A stretch of 64,000 nucleotides of DNA from Bdellovibrionales bacterium. Its GTDB lineage: Bacteria; Bdellovibrionota; UBA1018; JADZFF01. Of the stretch, positions 63,433 to 64,000 are shown one piece after another. The position numbers and the translations under genes were made by a program. The notes under the pieces were generated by a model that saw only the letters and a list, made by a program, of their open reading frames with translations, was not told the DNA's origin and did not search any database. Position 1 is the first letter of the stretch. The number at the start of each line of letters is the position of its first letter. The DNA is taken from NCBI GenBank assembly GCA_020850015.1, contig JADZFF010000033.1:50-64049 (forward strand). Direction: 5' to 3'.

Positions 63433-64000
63433 GCCGGCGCTCCCGAGGGCCGCTTCGCGACGACGGAGAACACATGCCAATGGTGGGGCGCCCCCTGAGC
63501 GGTGGCGCCCTTCTCGTCCTTCTCGGTGAAGCTCTCGATCTCCAGGCCCCGCAGGAGCTCGCGCGCCTCCTCCCGGTTGAAAAAGGTCAGATCACTCGCG
63601 TCCGGCGTGGCCCACTCGTCGCGGTCTCCGAGAAAATGCCCGGCGAAGCGCCCGCCCGGGAGGAGCGCGGCCCGAATCCTTTTCCAGGTCGCGTGAACCG
63701 CGTCCTTGGGTGCGAAGGGAAGCGAGAAGCTCGCGTTGATCAGGTCGCACTGAGGGAATCCGATCTCGTGGAAGGAAATCTCGCGGGTCTCGAGCCGGGG
63801 GCGCAGCGGCTCAGGGCACCTGAGCCTGAGCTCCTCGAGGCCTTCCGGAGACAGATCGACGGCGAGCACGCGCCAGCCCCGGCGAAGAATCTCGACGCTG
63901 TCGCGCCCCGAGCCCGCGCCCAGATCCAGGGCCTGCCTGGGCTTCGAGGACTTCGGCTCCGCATCAAAGCGATCCAGCGCTTCGAGCAGGGTTCGGTGCG
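63429..64000 (-). CDS. Class I SAM-dependent methyltransferase; 5' end outside the window
   Basis: The frame stays open to the window edge. Upstream of the listed start it reads ALDLGAGSGRDSVEILRRGWRVLAVDLSPE (motif I). The stop overlaps the cutA start (ATGA). Confidence 0.8.
   Translation of the reverse strand, partial: HRTLLEALDRFDAEPKSSKPRQALDLGAGSGRDSVEILRRGWRVLAVDLSPEGLEELRLRCPEPLRPRLETREISFHEIGFPQCDLINASFSLPFAPKDAVHATWKRIRAALLPGGRFAGHFLGDRDEWATPDASDLTFFNREEARELLRGLEIESFTEKDEKGATAQGAPHHWHVFSVVAKRPSGAPA

Overview
Gene-dense, high-GC (about two-thirds G+C by eye) chromosomal segment from a diderm bacterium. It holds about 50 credible CDS and no rRNA, tRNA, CRISPR array, transposase or integrase that I can recognise. 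Confidently identified housekeeping genes are mnmA, murI, greB, hemF, cutA, ygiQ, pip, a cyclophilin PPIase, an M32 carboxypeptidase, a 5'-nucleotidase, an SLT lytic transglycosylase and a pair of fused ABC exporters. They are interleaved with an unusually large set of signal-peptide, lipoprotein and beta-barrel-like proteins of unknown function. The most striking content is four secreted two-HKD phospholipase-D superfamily proteins within about 25 kb (3085-4920, 5977-7926, 17815-20427, 24904-26895). Each lies beside a predicted outer-membrane barrel or an unknown envelope protein. The window also encodes two animal-type lipid-catabolic enzymes: an AGMO/TMEM195-like fatty-acid hydroxylase (753-2006) and an ACER-type ceramidase (42897-43616). 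Other notable genes are a GH172(DUF2961)-GH43 fusion, a C39-like peptidase next to a DUF4157 lipoprotein, an 8-repeat Ig-like lipoprotein, a solitary MqsA-like zinc-ribbon/HTH protein, two very large uncharacterised proteins (43661-48633) and an RCC1-repeat protein. At the DNA level there are three long inverted-repeat structures in intergenic DNA (24034-24270, 28316-28516, 49208-49290) and five convergent gene pairs whose 3' ends overlap. Many long ORFs in the six-frame track are antisense or shadow frames typical of high-GC DNA and were rejected. All functional calls come from motif recognition by eye. No database search was run.
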